From assembly GCF_006345805.1 (NCBI RefSeq), contig NC_042999.1, positions 114,390,001-114,454,000 of the forward strand: a stretch of DNA of 64,000 bases. The letters run 5' to 3'. Every line of letters begins with the position of its first letter. Within the stretch, counting starts at the first letter, position 1. Shown here piece by piece: positions 1-14,007 of the stretch. A program made the translations under genes and the position numbers. The stretch is from Octopus sinensis (Eukaryota). The notes beneath the pieces were generated by a model. The model worked only from the letters and a program-made list of their open reading frames with translations, ran no database searches and had not been told where the DNA came from.

Positions 1-1480
1 TTTCGAGGCGGTGGCAGGAGCAAAGGTTAACAAGGACAAATCGGTCGGTTTGCAACTCGGCACTTGGAGGGGCAAGCCGATGGCGTCCAATAACGACGTC
101 GGGCGTTGAACGGAAGATCCTGTTAAGCTGCTGGGAGACTGGTTTGGCCCAGACCTCCAGATAGAGAAAAATTAGAGTGAGGTGACCAGCAAGGTGGCTG
201 CTCTAACCCAGACCTGGTCTGGGCGGGCGTTATCCTTGCTAGGGAAGGCGGAGGTGGTGCAGATGCTTATAGCATCGGTTATCAGCTACCGTCTGACCGT
301 GGTGCCTTGCCCCGATTTGTGGCTGAACAAGTTGGAGAGAATCCTTTTCCGCTTTTTGTGGAAGGGAGAAAAGCCACTTGTGAAGCGCTCTGTCTGCTAC
401 CAGAAACCGTTAAAGGGTGGGCTAGGGATGCCTTGGCTGTGGATGCGAAAATTCGCGTTAAGGTTCAGGCACCTCTGGCTTTACCTGGATGGAGAGCAGG
501 TGTGATCACCGCACGTGGTTCTACTTTCCGCAGTTGACGCCATTAACAAACATTGGTACATTGATCAGGCAGAGACCTAGACTGGGGGACTGGCAATTGG
601 AGTACCGTCAGGCACTTCAGCTACTCTTTCGGGTGAGCAATATCGGCAACAGGAGTTCCATCGCATATTTTTATAGTGGGTTAGTAGAATTTATGTCTGA
701 AGACGCCTTGAGAGAGACCCTGGGCTACGGTGACAATCAGTTGATCAACTTGTTCAGGAGAACTTTCAGGCCGGGGTATCTGGACAATTACCAGGAATCC
801 TTGGCTTGGAAGTGCTTCCGTGAGGCGTTACCTGTTCGTGATAAACTGCCAAGTCACAGAAGTGCTGTCTCGCCGGCATGTCCGAGGTGCGGGCGGGACA
901 GGGTAACCGTCTTCACTTTGACGACAGACTCGATGTCGCTGTACAAAGCAGCAATCTAACCGCGGGAGGTCAGGCCCGGGCCAGCCTTCTCGAGGACCGC
1001 CGTCAAGTACCGATGGTCGACCCTATCAAATACTTTGGACTGGTCTAAATGTACCAGTGCCCCTCCCCCTGCGCCATAAAGCTTCCCCACCCTTTCTAAG
1101 GAGTAGTGTACAAGGTGGAGATTGTGGAATGTCCGGAATTAACGGGACTGATAGCTTTCACAGAACAACTATTGTCATCGATGGGAAGAGTACAGCTATC
1201 AGCTGAGTCTATCATCGAGATTGTGCCGTCTCCTTCCCTTGACAGGGAAAGGAAGGCTTTCTTTTTCTGCGTAGTAGCTATACTGAAAGAAACAGTATGG
1301 AAGACGCGTGTGTGAGGCATAGTGACGGGTATCTTTGTCTCCGGCCAGGGGTTGGTTAACTTTTTTAGTTATCACCTCAGTAGCAAAATCAGGCTGGGGA
1401 AGGGGTACCTGTCACGAAAGAGATTCGCGAAAAGATGGAAGCCTGTGGCAAGCAAGCTGAGAGCGATTGGCACCAGGTAA
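1..1480 (+). mobile_element. Tx1/L1-clade non-LTR retrotransposon, 3' part of ORF2 (RT C-terminus + zf-RVT cysteine region), disrupted; continues upstream of the window
   Basis: Frame from nt 2 reads FEAVAGAKVNKDKS...KLLGDWFG...WSGRALSLLGKAEVVQMLIAS...LFRFLWKG...KGGLGMP. Next frame gives LAWKCFREALPVRDKL...CPRCG (zf-RVT-like), then LKETVWKTR...RWKPV. In-frame stops and frameshifts; GC-richer than flanks. Confidence 0.9.
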
Positions 1481-1689
1481 GTGGAGTCCGGGAAAAAGCG
1501 AAGGTTCTACCCTGGTGGTCGGATGCCTTTCCTTCAGGGAATTCCTTGCAAGTCGCAATGAGTATCATGTCATCATTTAATATTTAATTGTATCACATAA
1601 ATTTATCATCCGAAATGTGAACTTTTAATCGTTATAGCAGCTACTTCACCTTTTTATGTTTGTCTGTCTTTGTAATGCCTTCATGGCAA

Positions 1690-1845
1690 ATTTAATGAAA
1701 TAAAGTAGCTTGCTTACCAGCCACATGGTTCTGGGTTCAGACCCACTGCGTACACCTCTTCTACTGTAACCTCGGCCGACTAAAGCCTTGTGAGTGGATT
1801 TGGTAGATGGAAACTGAAAGAAGCCTGTTGTATGTATATATATAT
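1690..1845 (+). mobile_element. tRNA-type SINE family B (5' part)
   Basis: AAGTAGCTTGCTTACCAGCCACATGGTTCTGGGTTCAG...GCCTTGTGAGTGGATTTGGTAGATGGAAACTGAAAGAAGCC matches the full copy at 62558-63030. Confidence 0.85.
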
Positions 1846-1974
1846 GTTTTCGTTTCTCATTGTGTTCAACTTTACGAGTTTTTTTTACAAGGCTTAGAAA
1901 AGCTGGAGGACCGCTGCAATAAGTGTGTGAATCTGAGGGGTGGCATATGTTGAATAAAATCATAATTAACTAAT

Positions 1975-2595
1975 CCTTCTGTATTTTCTTTTGCTCAAAG
2001 TCAAGAACTTTCCAACACCCACTCCACCAAACGCAGATCATTGTCTTGTGTGACTACAACTCTGGTGTGGCTCGAGGAGTTGTTTGCTTTCGGGACTGAG
2101 TTATTTTTTCTTTGATTCATATTTACCGGTGTCGATGCGGTACAAAAACTTTGTGCTTGATGTCAAGCGAGCTCACAGGCAGCAATAAGAGGTGCTGTGG
2201 AGTTTGTCTCTTTCGTTCAGAGTGTGTCGCACCTATGTACCAATTTTTTTTACCTTATCTATCGAGTGAAGGTGTCGGTATCCTGATAGCATCCTATCTG
2301 CAGGGCCATTTCTTCAGTTGTCTGGTACGGGTCTTCGAAGATAGTTCGTTCAACAGACCCCCACTATACTGAATATTTTCAACCTAAATGTGGAGAGACT
2401 GTGCGGTCGAATTTCCCATCCTTAATGAATGAAAACCAATTCTGTGCAATTCTTTTAGTAATAGCGCCTTCTCCACACAAAGAACAAATGTCCCGAGCGG
2501 TTTCGGCAGCATAGGAATCTTGACTGGAAGCGTTGAGAAGCAGATGTCGGAAATACTCATTTTCTTTTTCTACTTGGCCCTCCATCGTCATATAT
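1975..2595 (-). mobile_element. mariner transposase pseudogene (N-terminal HTH to first catalytic D region)
   Basis: ORF 2379-2591 MEGQVEKENEYFRHLLL...AAETARDICSLCGEGAITKRIAQNWFSFIKDGKFD is a Mos1-type HTH. Downstream minus-strand remnants EDPYQTTEEMA, FLYRIDTG and MICVWW follow in mariner order. Confidence 0.85.
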
Positions 2596-3124
2596 ATGAA
2601 AAGAGTAAAAATTTATTCAAATTTCAAATATGATAAACAAAAGGAGGTCATATTATGAAATTATTTATATACAAGCGGGAAAAGTGAATATTTCACGGAA
2701 TTAATTGTAAACTTATTGGGTTATCTCTGAAAACTTTATCCAAAAAACATGAAAGCGTAACCTGTGTTGTGTCTGTATCAAAAGATAGCTGCTCATCTGC
2801 TAATTATTGAAAAGTGAAGGAAAGTGGAATACGATGATTTATATATACACTTTATATACTTCATGCACAATATTATAGACTTAATACACAGCACTTTCTC
2901 TCTTTCTCTCTCACTCTTCGCCTTACCCTCTTTTTCTCTCTTCTTTCTCTCTCACTCTTCGCCTTACTCTCTTTTTCTCTCTCCTTTTTCTTTCGTTCTT
3001 CGCCTTTCCCTTCAACTAAACACGTGAAAGCGTTTCAGACGGGCTAAGTAAAGGAGAAAAAAATTAGTTCAAAAACAAAATTACACATTTCACTCACCAC
3101 CACCTCTCCCTCCGCATACTTGAT

Positions 3125-3172
<48 letters not shown>

Positions 3173-3774
3173 ATGCGTGCGTGTGTGTGCGCGTGTGTGT
3201 GTGTGCGCGTGTGTGTATATATATATATATACATATATATAATTGAAACTGAAGCAGTGAGTTTGTCTCGCGATTCGAGTTTCACGCCACTGCAATCTTC
3301 AGGCGAACCTGAAACTATATATAGATGTGTGTATGTGTGTGTTTCGTTATCGAGTTCCACTCACAAGGCATTGTCCAGCCAAGGCTAAAGTCGAAGATAT
3401 TTGCCCAAAGTTCCGCATCGAGAGAATGCGCAATGTCTATTTATTAATGCAATATCGCCGATTCTAAGTGAAAGGATAAAAGACAAAGTTAACCATGATG
3501 GGACTTGAACTCAGACTGCAAACAGCCAGAATTATTACTGCTATAACCATTCGGCCAAACAACGGCCTTTATTCGATCTCATGTTACTACATTTTGATGT
3601 TCAAATATTCAAATGCTATCCGATTCAACTAAACTTTTCATCCACCAGGGGTTGATAAAAGAGGTACCAGTTATCTATTAGGATTACTTTAATCGGTTAC
3701 ATAGTTCTCTTATACCATTGTGATCATGTACCAATATATAACAATAAGTATTTGTAGCGGCAGGTTTTAGTAGT

Positions 3775-3874
3775 CGTAGTGGTGGTGGTTGTAACAGTAG
3801 TACTAGAAGTAGTAGTGGTGACGGTAGTAGTAATGATTGCAGTAGTTGTAGAAGTGGCGTTGATGGTATTTGTG

Positions 3875-3911
<37 letters not shown>

Positions 3912-4150
3912 AATTAATGGTAATAAAGATGTTTGTAGTAATAGCAATAAATTGTAGTGATAGTGACGGTGGTGGTGGTGGTAGTAGTAGAGGTGGTGAT
4001 GGTGACAGTAGTAGCAGTGGTAATGACGATAGTAATATTAGTACTAATAGTAGTGGTGGTGGTAGTAGTAGTAGTGGTACTAGTAGCTGTGGAAGTTGTA
4101 GTAGACGTAGTAGTGGTAATGATGCTAACGGTAGTAAAGGTATTAGTAAT
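3775..4150. repeat. (GTA)/(GTG)/(GAT) trinucleotide low-complexity tract
   Basis: Direct reading; source of the poly-V/poly-S ORFs. Confidence 0.9.
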
Positions 4151-5547
4151 AGCAGCAGTAAATATTGTTATTGTTGTGTAACCCCCCGCTCGACTTTAAT
4201 CGAACAGAACCATGTTCAATGTTATTCTAATCCAAACCAATCGGTCTCTGCTTTTTCTAAGCATTGTCTGTCTGGGGCTACATTCTCCTACCCGATATAT
4301 CCGAGCGATTTTCTGTTGAAGCAATAAGAAGTGATAGGAGGGAGATTTGATTTAACTATTTTTAGCAAATCGAGTGATCACACAGAAGCTTCTTCATTCG
4401 CTCATAAGCGGTGTTAGCGGTGGTGGTTTTTGTTGTTGGTAGTGTGAATGGTATGATAGATAGGTGATCGTATAGTTATACTGGTGACAACGTTGGTGAA
4501 GATCCTCAACCTTAATTTGGCAAAGTTAGACCTAAAACGCGCTAAACAGTTCTTCTTTCGAAAGCGAATCAAGACAATATTGAGCCAAATTATATAAATG
4601 AAGTAACTCGAGTAATTGTTTTCTTAACCTCTGGCTTTCATCAGAAGAAACTACGTTTGGACAAAGTTGAGCGAAGCTCTATGTTAATTGCTTCTAACGA
4701 ACTCTAATCAAACGTTGTGCTTGGCTGTAAAATACAGGATTTAATTGATTTCATATAAAATTTCACTCATTCATTAAAGCTAATGTGTTCTTTGTTTTCT
4801 ATTGAAATTTGTGGCAGCATCAATTTTCGGCTTTTACTTGTTTTCTTACTTTGGAGAAGATAAATGCATCAAATTTATAAAGGAAGGAAAATAAGATTGT
4901 ATGACGTTAATACCTCTTGCCAAAGAATAGTGGACTTGGTTTCAATTGCGACTCGACATTTTTATCCATCGTTTTTCATTGGTGTTCCAGTCGTAATATT
5001 CACGTCTTTCTTGCGTATGTTAGTTTTTTAAAATTGAATTTTTTAATGGCATTACTTATCATTTTTTTCGAAAAGCCACTTTTGTGGTATCTGCTCTTCC
5101 AAAATGACTCTGCAGAACAGCGTTCGAGTTTCCTATAAAACATATAACTTAAATTTACAACGTAAAAGAATTTCCCGAAGAGCGCTTGCAGCATAAATAA
5201 AATGAGATAGTTTTAACCACTCCTCCTGCTTTTCGCTATTTGGATTTTTAAATCGAAATTCGTGACTTTTTTTGTGTGTGTATTTTAAATACCATATTCT
5301 AAAAATTTCCAGTTTGATGCTTGGTGGTTGTGCGTTCAATCCACTCAGTGGTCTTGACATTATTATTTCTACTTCCAGGAACGATTCCTTGAAATTATTA
5401 CTATAACTCATTAGTTCATAGGGTCACCTCTGAAGACTGTGTCTTTGTGATGCATGTCTAAGGCAAGTCTTCATGAATTCAGCAATTACTCCGAGCGAAA
5501 TATTCATTAATTGCGCCTACTTATTACGGTAATTGTTTCTAGTTTAG

Positions 5548-5748
5548 ACACAAGGCCATCAATTTAAGGGCAAGGAGATTAGTCAATTATATCGATCCCA
5601 GCACTTGACTTCATTCTATTGACTTACCGATACTGAAAAGATGGAAAGCAAAGTCGACCTTAGTGGAATCTGAACTCAGAACAGAAGGGACCGAAAGAAA
5701 TAAGGATGCTTTCCGAAGCGTTAATGATTTTGCTTGCTCATTGCCTTT
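5548..5748 (-). mobile_element. tRNA-type SINE family A (degenerate)
   Basis: Reverse complement of the GGCGAGCTGGCAGAA...GAGTTCAAATTCCGCCGAGGTCGACTTTGCCTTTCATCC...GGGTCGATGTAATCGACT consensus seen at 15040. Confidence 0.75.
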
Positions 5749-6273
5749 AATTCCTACAAGAACCCTAAAACGTGATAGCTATTTACAGATGAGGACACAG
5801 TAGCTCAATTTGTATTAGTTGCACTGTCATTGAAATCACATCTTAAACTCTCTTAGACAAAGCCCAAACTTAGTACTTTCTAATTTATCTTTCTTGTTGA
5901 CGCAAATATGCCTGGACACCAGCTGGTAGCTATGATCGCGTAAAACCAAGTAAATGACTAAGTTTATCGCACACAGTGACTGTTGACCAAACAGAAACTT
6001 CTATATCTTTAAAGGAAAAGAAAACGGGAAAAATGTAACGCTATTCTTATCTTAGACGAATTCATACTGCAAAGGAGTTTGGCAAAATTGGTCGGGCGTT
6101 CGACATTTAATTACGAGTTCATATAATGAAATGGTCATCTTTACTCTTCATCCTTCCAGGGCCAATAAAATAGATACTTGTCATCAGAAACCGGCGTCGA
6201 TTATAATCGACTAAACCACCTCACTCCACTATCACAAACAAAGGGAAAATGATTTCTTAGTTTCGAATTTCAG

Positions 6274-6468
6274 CACAAGGCCAGCAATTTCGGAAAGGGG
6301 TAAGTCGATTACATCGATCCCAGTATTTAACTGATACTTTTTTCTATCGACCCAGAAAGGATGAAAGGCAAAGTCAACCCCAGCGGCCTTTGAACTCAGA
6401 ACATATAGTCGGAAGGAATGCTCCTAAGTATTTTGTTCGGTGCGGAAACGATTCTGCTAGTTCGCCGC
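6274..6468 (-). mobile_element. SINE family A
   Basis: GTAAGTCGATTACATCGATCCCAG...GAAAGGATGAAAGGCAAAGTCAACC...TTTGAACTCAGAAC...CTGCTAGTTCGCCGCC. Confidence 0.85.
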
Positions 6469-7270
6469 CTATTTTGTGTCCATATTAAGAAACAACATTA
6501 TAAAGGAAAATGCAATGTCTTCAACGGAGAAGCGAAACCGCTTCATTGACTTGACACTGGAAACTAAATTCTTCCTTAACAGCATTTGATAGAGTGCTCC
6601 TGGTATTAATAAATATTTATCTATTACATGGGTGGAGTTGTGGTCCGGTTCAATCAACTACAAAATTTGGCTTAATGCCTAGGCAAGTGAAGTTCATACT
6701 TTTACTGGGGAAATCAACCGATTGACACTGAAATCTGTACTTGGCAATTCACTAAGGGAGTTAATATTTTGTCTCCTCATCTCTTTCGCACCGCCTGTCT
6801 TCTCATTCTCCTTAGACACGTATCTACATTATGGTTTCATTATCGTATAAAGTAATATATGAACAGTAAATTCTCATTGAGATTACGAAGAAAGCCATCT
6901 CAATACATGTGGCGACAATTAATGATGGTGGGCTGGGTGCAAGTGAAATGACTAATGACGGGGTCAGCTGGACTAAATAAGGTCACTCTAGTTGAATGAT
7001 CGAAAGATGCTTGTTAGCATCATGTGCAGAGGTGAAGTGGAGCTAATAAATAAAACCACCGATCGATTATGATTGTTAGAGGTTGTGGACGGAGACAGAA
7101 TTTCAATGCGAATATACAGAATGGTAAAATTACTCTTACAACCTATACTCACTCTCTTTCTATACATATCTATCTATTTATGTATACTGCACGCATTCAT
7201 GTAGACATACGTATTTATACATACATGCGTACATATAAATATACATATACAATACATACATATGTATATT

Positions 7271-7346
<76 letters not shown>

Positions 7347-7464
7347 TGTGTGTGTGTGTGTGCGTGTGTGTGCGTGCGTGCGTGTGTGTGTATTGAAGCC
7401 TAATGACTACTGGTGAAAGAAATAATATATTTATTAACCTTAACCCTATTTCTAACATATCACC

Positions 7465-7515
<51 letters not shown>

Positions 7516-8157
7516 TCAGTTGTGTGTGCTGAAGGCTAGAATTTCATAAATCTCGTTATTTTCCTTCATAATGCCTGTGTCACTTGAAAATCTGATGAAT
7601 GAAATAAGGGTTGAGGTTGTGATCACACAACAAAAGTCGTATGGTCGATTACCAAGAATTTCATTACAAAAACAAAACGAAACAAAAATTATAAAATCAC
7701 ATACACACCAACTTACAGATTTACAGAATGCAATGAGTCACGTGTTCCTTGACTGACAGTCATGATTTATCTTAAGAATATTACATGCGAAACTAAAAAA
7801 ATTTAGTTCTCAATTGTTATATTCTGTTAATTAAAAAAAATTTTTTTACTCAAGTTACATGTACGTAAAACTATTTACCACCCTCTGGTACCCAGTCGAA
7901 AATTTCGATGCCATATTTTGATTTTTTAACGAGTAACTTCTGAAAAAAAAAAAAAAAAAAAAATCCACCCCGGACGGTGAAAATCACGGAACTGGTCAGT
8001 TCCCTAGGATCCAGGTCAGTTTTGCAACAACGCAGAGCAAAATAATTTTAAACATAATAATCTTCTAAAACAATTAAAACAAAACTCACGAGCGATCTGA
8101 AGGGGCATTTTGCCGATACTAAATTAATGATAGTAATAATGCTAATACTTTCTAATT

Positions 8158-8740
8158 TTGGGACAAGGCTTTCAGTTTTGAGGGGAGGGGAAGTCAATTA
8201 CATCGACCCCAGCGCTCAACTATTTCTATTGATTCCGAAAGGATGAAAAGCAAAGTCGACCACGGCGGAATTTGAATTCAGAACATAATAGTGGCTACTA
8301 GTTTAGGCATAAAACCAGGAATTTTGAGGTGGTGGTGGGTAATAATGGTTACCAAAAATCCCATGCTTGACTGGTACTTTTTTTATATCGGCCCCGAAAG
8401 GATAAAAGAATAAAGCTGACCTCGGCGGAATCTGACTTCAGAAAGTAGTAATTCTTTTTACTACTGGCAGTTTATCTTATCGACCTCGAAAGAATAAAAG
8501 GCAATGTCTACCTCGGTGGTATTTGAACTCAGATCACAAAGAACCGGAAGAAACGCTGCTAAGCATTTTGTCCGGCGTGCTTATGATTCTTCCATCTCGC
8601 TGCTTTTTTAATGGCAATCATCGACACCAATACTTGAGTGGTACTTTAATATATCGAATCTCGAAGAGATGAAAGCTGAAGTTGATCTTAGTCGGATTTG
8701 AACCGAAATCGTAAAGAGCCGGAAGAAATACGACATTAAT
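8158..8740 (-). mobile_element. cluster of about four partial SINE family A copies
   Basis: The motif GAAAGGATGAAA...GTCGACCTCGGCGGAATTTGAACTCAGA recurs near 8238, 8396, 8489 and 8664. Confidence 0.8.
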
Positions 8741-8746
8741 AACATA

Positions 8747-9267
8747 CCGTAAATCCTCGAGTATAGTCTGCCCTTGAATATAATACGCAGGGGATTTTTA
8801 GGGGCTGTACCTCTGAAAAACCTAAACCTTGTGTATAATACGCACCTCTTCTCTAACTTGAGTCGTGCGTAATTAAGCCAGCAGCACCTAGTCGAACAAA
8901 CACTCCCGCGCATGCGTAATACAACAATGGTGATGTTCTTAACTGCTATATGGGAATGTAAATATGTTTGCAAATTGTTTTTGTTACATGTTATTCTGTG
9001 TTCTGAATACTTTTATTCTAATAAATGTTGCTTACTGCAAGTTATGGATGATTCTTTTATGACTTCATTGCTTTCAGGCTTAGCTTAAAGTATTTTCGCA
9101 CCCGACATCACAAAATGCGCCTGAATAAACATTGCCGGACAGCAAATAGAGACTCGGACATTGCTTAGAAAATATCTTTCATTTTTAACCTCGTATATAG
9201 TACGCACTAAGGATTTTGACCTTTAAATTTTTGGGGAAAAATGCGGATTATTCTCGAGGATTTACGG
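8747..9267. mobile_element. non-autonomous Tc1/mariner-superfamily MITE (Tc2/pogo-like termini)
   Basis: TIRs CCGTAAATCCTCGAGTATAGTCTGC (8747) and GCGGATTATTCTCGAGGATTTACGG (ends 9267); TA on both sides; subterminal TATAATACGCAC-like repeats. Confidence 0.85.
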
Positions 9268-9871
9268 TAATTAGTTTGTTATAACATAATGGAGCGATTC
9301 ATTTCTTGTGTAAAGCAGGGTCTCCATAGTTTTTATCTTTATCTCCATTGCACGGCTAATATGGCTTTCCCGCCTTTATCACACAAAGAACAAGCAAGTA
9401 CCTTATTAGTTTTGTGTTGCTTTTCCATTTGTTGTTACTGCTGTTTCTGTTTGTTTTTTTTTCTTTTTTCTATTTCTACCTTTCTTTAGTAGAATTTTCT
9501 TTCTTTCTTTCTTTTTTTCCCTTCTTTTTATTTTTATCCCTGTTTTCTTCTTTCTTTTCTCCTTCTCCTTCTCCTCTGCAGCAATTACAACAACGACGAC
9601 AGCTGCAGTACCATCTATATAGAAGGAAAGATAATGAAAAAAAGAATGAAGAGAAAAAGAAGACACCAACATGCTACAAGAACAATAAGAAAGTGTCGAA
9701 AGACATAGATACAGACGGAAAAGATAAATAGAAGAATGTTTGGAAAGAAAGGAAGGAGGAAAGTGAGAAAGGAAGAAAGAAAGGAATGAAGAAAGGGAGA
9801 AAGGAAGAAAGAAAGGAAAAAAGAAAGGAGGAATGAGAGACAGAGAGAGAGACGCAGAGAGATGCAAAGGG

Positions 9872-9925
<54 letters not shown>

Positions 9926-9977
9926 ATCTATGTATCTATCTATCTATCTATCTATCTATATATCTATCTATCTATAC

Positions 9978-10078
<101 letters not shown>

Positions 10079-10778
10079 AAGAGAGAGAGAGATAAAGGAA
10101 GGAAGAAAGAAAGAAACGAAGAATCAAATGAATAAATGAGAGAGAAGGATGCCAAAAAGAAAGAAAAGAAAGAAAAGAAAGAAATAAAGAATGAAAGAGA
10201 GAGGGAGAGGGGGAGGGAGATAGAGAGAGTATAAAGAACGAAAGAATGAAGGATTATAGAAAGATAGAAAGAAAATAAGAAAGAAAAAGAAATGCAGAAA
10301 AAATGAAAGACTGAAAGAAAGAAAGAAAGAAAGAAAGAAAGAGAGAGGAATTAAAGAAACAGACGGAGTGATCTAATACATAAGATCACCTGCAAGGAAA
10401 AGAAAGAAAGTAAAGTAAAAAGAAAAAAAATGGAAAAGAACCATTAAAGTAATAATAAAAAATGCAAACAAACCACTACACCACTCATCCTTCTCTACCG
10501 GTCCCCGTCTTCAGAGCAAAGATTGAAGGGTTGTTTTCTCAGTCCCTAAATATATAAAGTCAAGCTACATTGTTAGTGAGAAGAACGGAATTTTTTTGTA
10601 TGGCAATAGATGACTTTAATGACCTATAACGATCACTGTTTACCATGTCTTACACCGAAACCAAACACTGCTACAACCTGCCTCCTCCCCTCCACATACT
10701 CCTCTTACCACCACTCACCCGTTTGTTTGCTTCTTCTTCTTCTTCTTCTTCTTCTTCTTCTCTCGTTCATTTCTCTTA

Positions 10779-11085
10779 CTATCACTCCAGGATCCTCTGT
10801 CACTTTTTATACCCCCTCCTCCTCTTCCTCGTCTTTTTTTTCTTCTTTCTCCTTCACTTCGTTTGCTATTACTCCAGGATCCTCCGTCACTTTTTATACC
10901 CCCTCCTCCTCTTCCTCGTCTTTTTTTTCTTCTTTCTCCTTCACTTCGTTTGCTATTACTCCAGGATCCTTTGACACTTTCTTTATATCCTCCTCCTCCT
11001 CCACTTCTTCTTCTTCTTCTTTCTCGTTCACTTGCTATTACTCCAGGATCCTCTGTCACTTTCTTTATATCCTCCACCTCCCCTT
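10779..11085. repeat. ~87-bp minisatellite, about 3.5 copies
   Basis: ACTCCAGGATCC anchors at 10784, 10871, 10958 and 11040. Confidence 0.9.
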
Positions 11086-11877
11086 CGTCGTCGTCGTCGT
11101 CGTCATCATCATCGTCGTCATCATCGTCATCGTCATCGTCATCATCATCATCATCACCATCGTCGTCGTCGTCGTCGTCATCATTATCATCGTTATTAAG
11201 TTGTTCTTTAGACCAACTACCCACACTTTCAGCTACCAGAAGCTAGCTCTGAACGAGTAGACTTATTTCTAAGCAACCATCCTATCTAGTATCTAGCGCT
11301 ACATTATCCAATGTAGCCTTCATTTTCTTTTTTTTTTTCTTTAAGTCTGTGGTGTGTAATTTCATTTTATCTTAACGGTCATATCTAGCGGATGGGACGA
11401 CCACGTCTTAGAGAGCCTCCTTCCTCATTGTCACAATAACTCTTTGAAATTCAGATTACTCTACCAAATATTATGCTTCAATGGAATTCACATTGTTTTG
11501 AATTAACCATGCACAATCTGGAAGTTTCAAGATTTCGTCGCTCCCCTGCTTTGCAATATATATCCGGTGCAGACTGCACCGATAACCGGCTGGAGGAGGC
11601 TCCGCCTGGTGGTTAAAAACGGTAATAGCGATTCCTGCGGAATAGCCATATTGATGTGGCGATAAACATTACTTCTCGGTATAGTTACTACTTTTCGGAT
11701 ATGTTTCTAACAATACTAACACTTTGCTAGGGTGGGCTATGGTGCCCCATATATGACTAAAAGACTTCACCAAGTGGTGCTATTAAGTTAGACATGACCT
11801 GGGCCTTTACTGACCGAAACCTATCAAAGTTATCAAAGTTAACTAGCTCCTTTGCTTGTTGATATCTACCCTTTGTC

Positions 11878-12264
11878 ATTTACCTTTCACTTGCTTCAGT
11901 CATTTGACTCTGGCCATGCTGGGGCATCGCCTTGAAAACTTTTTAATCGAATGAATCGGCCCCAGTTCTTATTTTTGTGTTAAGCCTCGTACTTATTCGA
12001 TCTTTCCTTTTTTGCCGAAACCGCTAAGTTACGTGGATGTAAACACAGTAACACCGGTTGTCAAGTGGCAGTGTGGAACACATCTACCCCCACACACATA
12101 CATGTGTGGCGGGCTTCTCTCAGTTTCCGTCTACCAAATCCACTCACAAGGCTTTGGTTGGCCCAAGGCCACAGTAGAAGACACTTGCCCAAGGTGCCAA
12201 GCAGTGGGACTGAACCCAGAACCAAGTGGCTGGGAAGCAAGCTTCTTACCACACAGCCACGCCT
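11878..12264 (-). mobile_element. SINE family B, near full length
   Basis: Reverse complement of 62558-63030: tail TTCAGTCATTTGACT...GGCCATGCTGG to head CTTACCACACAGCCACGCC. Confidence 0.9.
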
Positions 12265-12619
12265 GTGATTGTTTATTTTTAGAATGACATTGTAGGGTAA
12301 GCGTGAGAGGCCGGATCTGGCCAGTTTGATCGTAAAACGGGTAGAATGTTTGGGCCAGATATCCCGGTTTAAATACCTACGGGCAAGCCAATGTGCTGGT
12401 GCCAGGACTAGGGATGCTAATGCTTGTGGCGATAGTGATGATGATGGATAGTCTTGGCGTTAGTAGCTGTAGTAATAGTGATGAAGACATTGCTGATGGA
12501 AGACTTAATGATAATAGTAATATTAGTTTCAATTTTTTGCATAAGGCCAGCAATTTAGTGTGAGGGGGTAAGTCGACTACATCGATCCCTAAATGGTACC
12601 TACCCTATTGCTATTGTTC

Positions 12620-12965
12620 TCGTTCTTTAGCTCTAGGGCAGACCTATGATCAAAAACATTCCAACCTTGGCCGTCTTGCATGTTAAAACGGTAGTATGTA
12701 ATTTGAGGAACATTTGGCTACTATTTCCAGTAGGTAGAATAACCATGTGAAGGCTAACTCGTTGGCTAAAAAATTGCTGCTGTTTTTGTTGTTTAACCCT
12801 GGGATCAGCCCAGACCGAGTAGACCTATGATCAAAGGTATTCTCCAATGATGCCCACTTGCGGAACCTAGAAGCACAATATCCAACGTGTCCTCTTCAAA
12901 AACGGTAACGAGTGATTTGAGGGAGACTTGACTGCTATTTCTACTAGATGAAGCGAACACATAGA
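12620..12965 (+). repeat. two diverged copies of an interspersed repeat (AGACCTATGATCAAA...GAGGGAGA.TTG.CTGCTATTTCTA)
   Basis: Shared motifs at 12641/12821 and 12704/12918; related fragments near 4338, 46050 and 46572. Confidence 0.6.
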
Positions 12966-13446
12966 ACAGATATGGGCAAACTTTTTCGAGAAGTGAGCCG
13001 CATGAGCTATTGCTAAAAAATTCGAGATAATTTTTCGTCAGGCGTGCCATTCAGAAAGTCCTACGGGCCGCAGATTGCTCATAACCGACACAGAAGTACA
13101 CTCTGCATACTATCTCAGCAGACAGGGTTATGCTGGGCGCAAAAGTAGTAGTAGTAGTAGTAGTAGTAGTATTGGTGGTGGTGGTGGTAGTAGTAGTAGT
13201 AGTTGTGACGGCAGTTATTTAATTTTTTTTTGTATTTTATTTATTTTATTTAATTTTTGACTTTATTTTTCCTTTCCTTATTTGTCTTACCTTAAGCTAG
13301 ATAGAGACACGGGTTTCACAATGACTTCGCTTGACACTTTCTGCCGAACCGTTCGCAACGCCAGAATTTAATTTGTTTGACAACAAAATTTAATGTTGTA
13401 TTTGGATAAACTAACAGAAGAAAAAAAAGAAAAATTAAGCAACACA

Positions 13447-13480
<34 letters not shown>

Positions 13481-13506
13481 AATACATACATACATACATA
13501 CATACA

Positions 13507-13591
<85 letters not shown>

Positions 13592-13972
13592 TACAACACA
13601 AAAACAAAAGAAATCCTAAAACACAATACCAACAACAACGACAAATACACCAAATAAAACATTATATAAATAAATAAAACAAATTTCCACGTCTATTTTG
13701 CCTCCGACGAACAATTTGCTTCTGTTATAAACAATTTACCGTACGTGAGAATGTCCCAGAATACTCCATGTTGAAGCACTCACGTGTTTGATGTCCGTGA
13801 CAGACGGCTTCAGTTTGTTCTTCAATTCATCCATTTGTTTTTGCTTCTTTTTTTGCGACAAATGTTTGTTCTTTCCTGCCCCCTTTCTCTTCTACCTCAT
13901 CGGCGTATTTCCTTCTTTCTTTCTTTCTTTCCTGCTCCCTTTCTCTCTTTCTTTCTTTCTTTCTTTCTTTCT

Positions 13973-14007
<35 letters not shown>

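Noticed and set aside
4590-4655. Minus-strand CTGATGA...GAAA hammerhead-like motif
   Set aside because: Stem I strands do not pair.
4480-5411. Possible LINE RT relic on the minus strand
   Set aside because: Only faint YLG/SAF-like remnants; cannot be assigned without a search.
10779-11085. CRISPR-like repeat array
   Set aside because: Eukaryotic context; the inter-anchor sequence is itself repeated rather than unique spacers.
13778-13890. Minus-strand exon candidate (QKQMDELKNKLKPSVTDIKH|GTGAGT)
   Set aside because: Good donor, but the upstream sequence is purine-rich with no credible acceptor and no recognisable homology.
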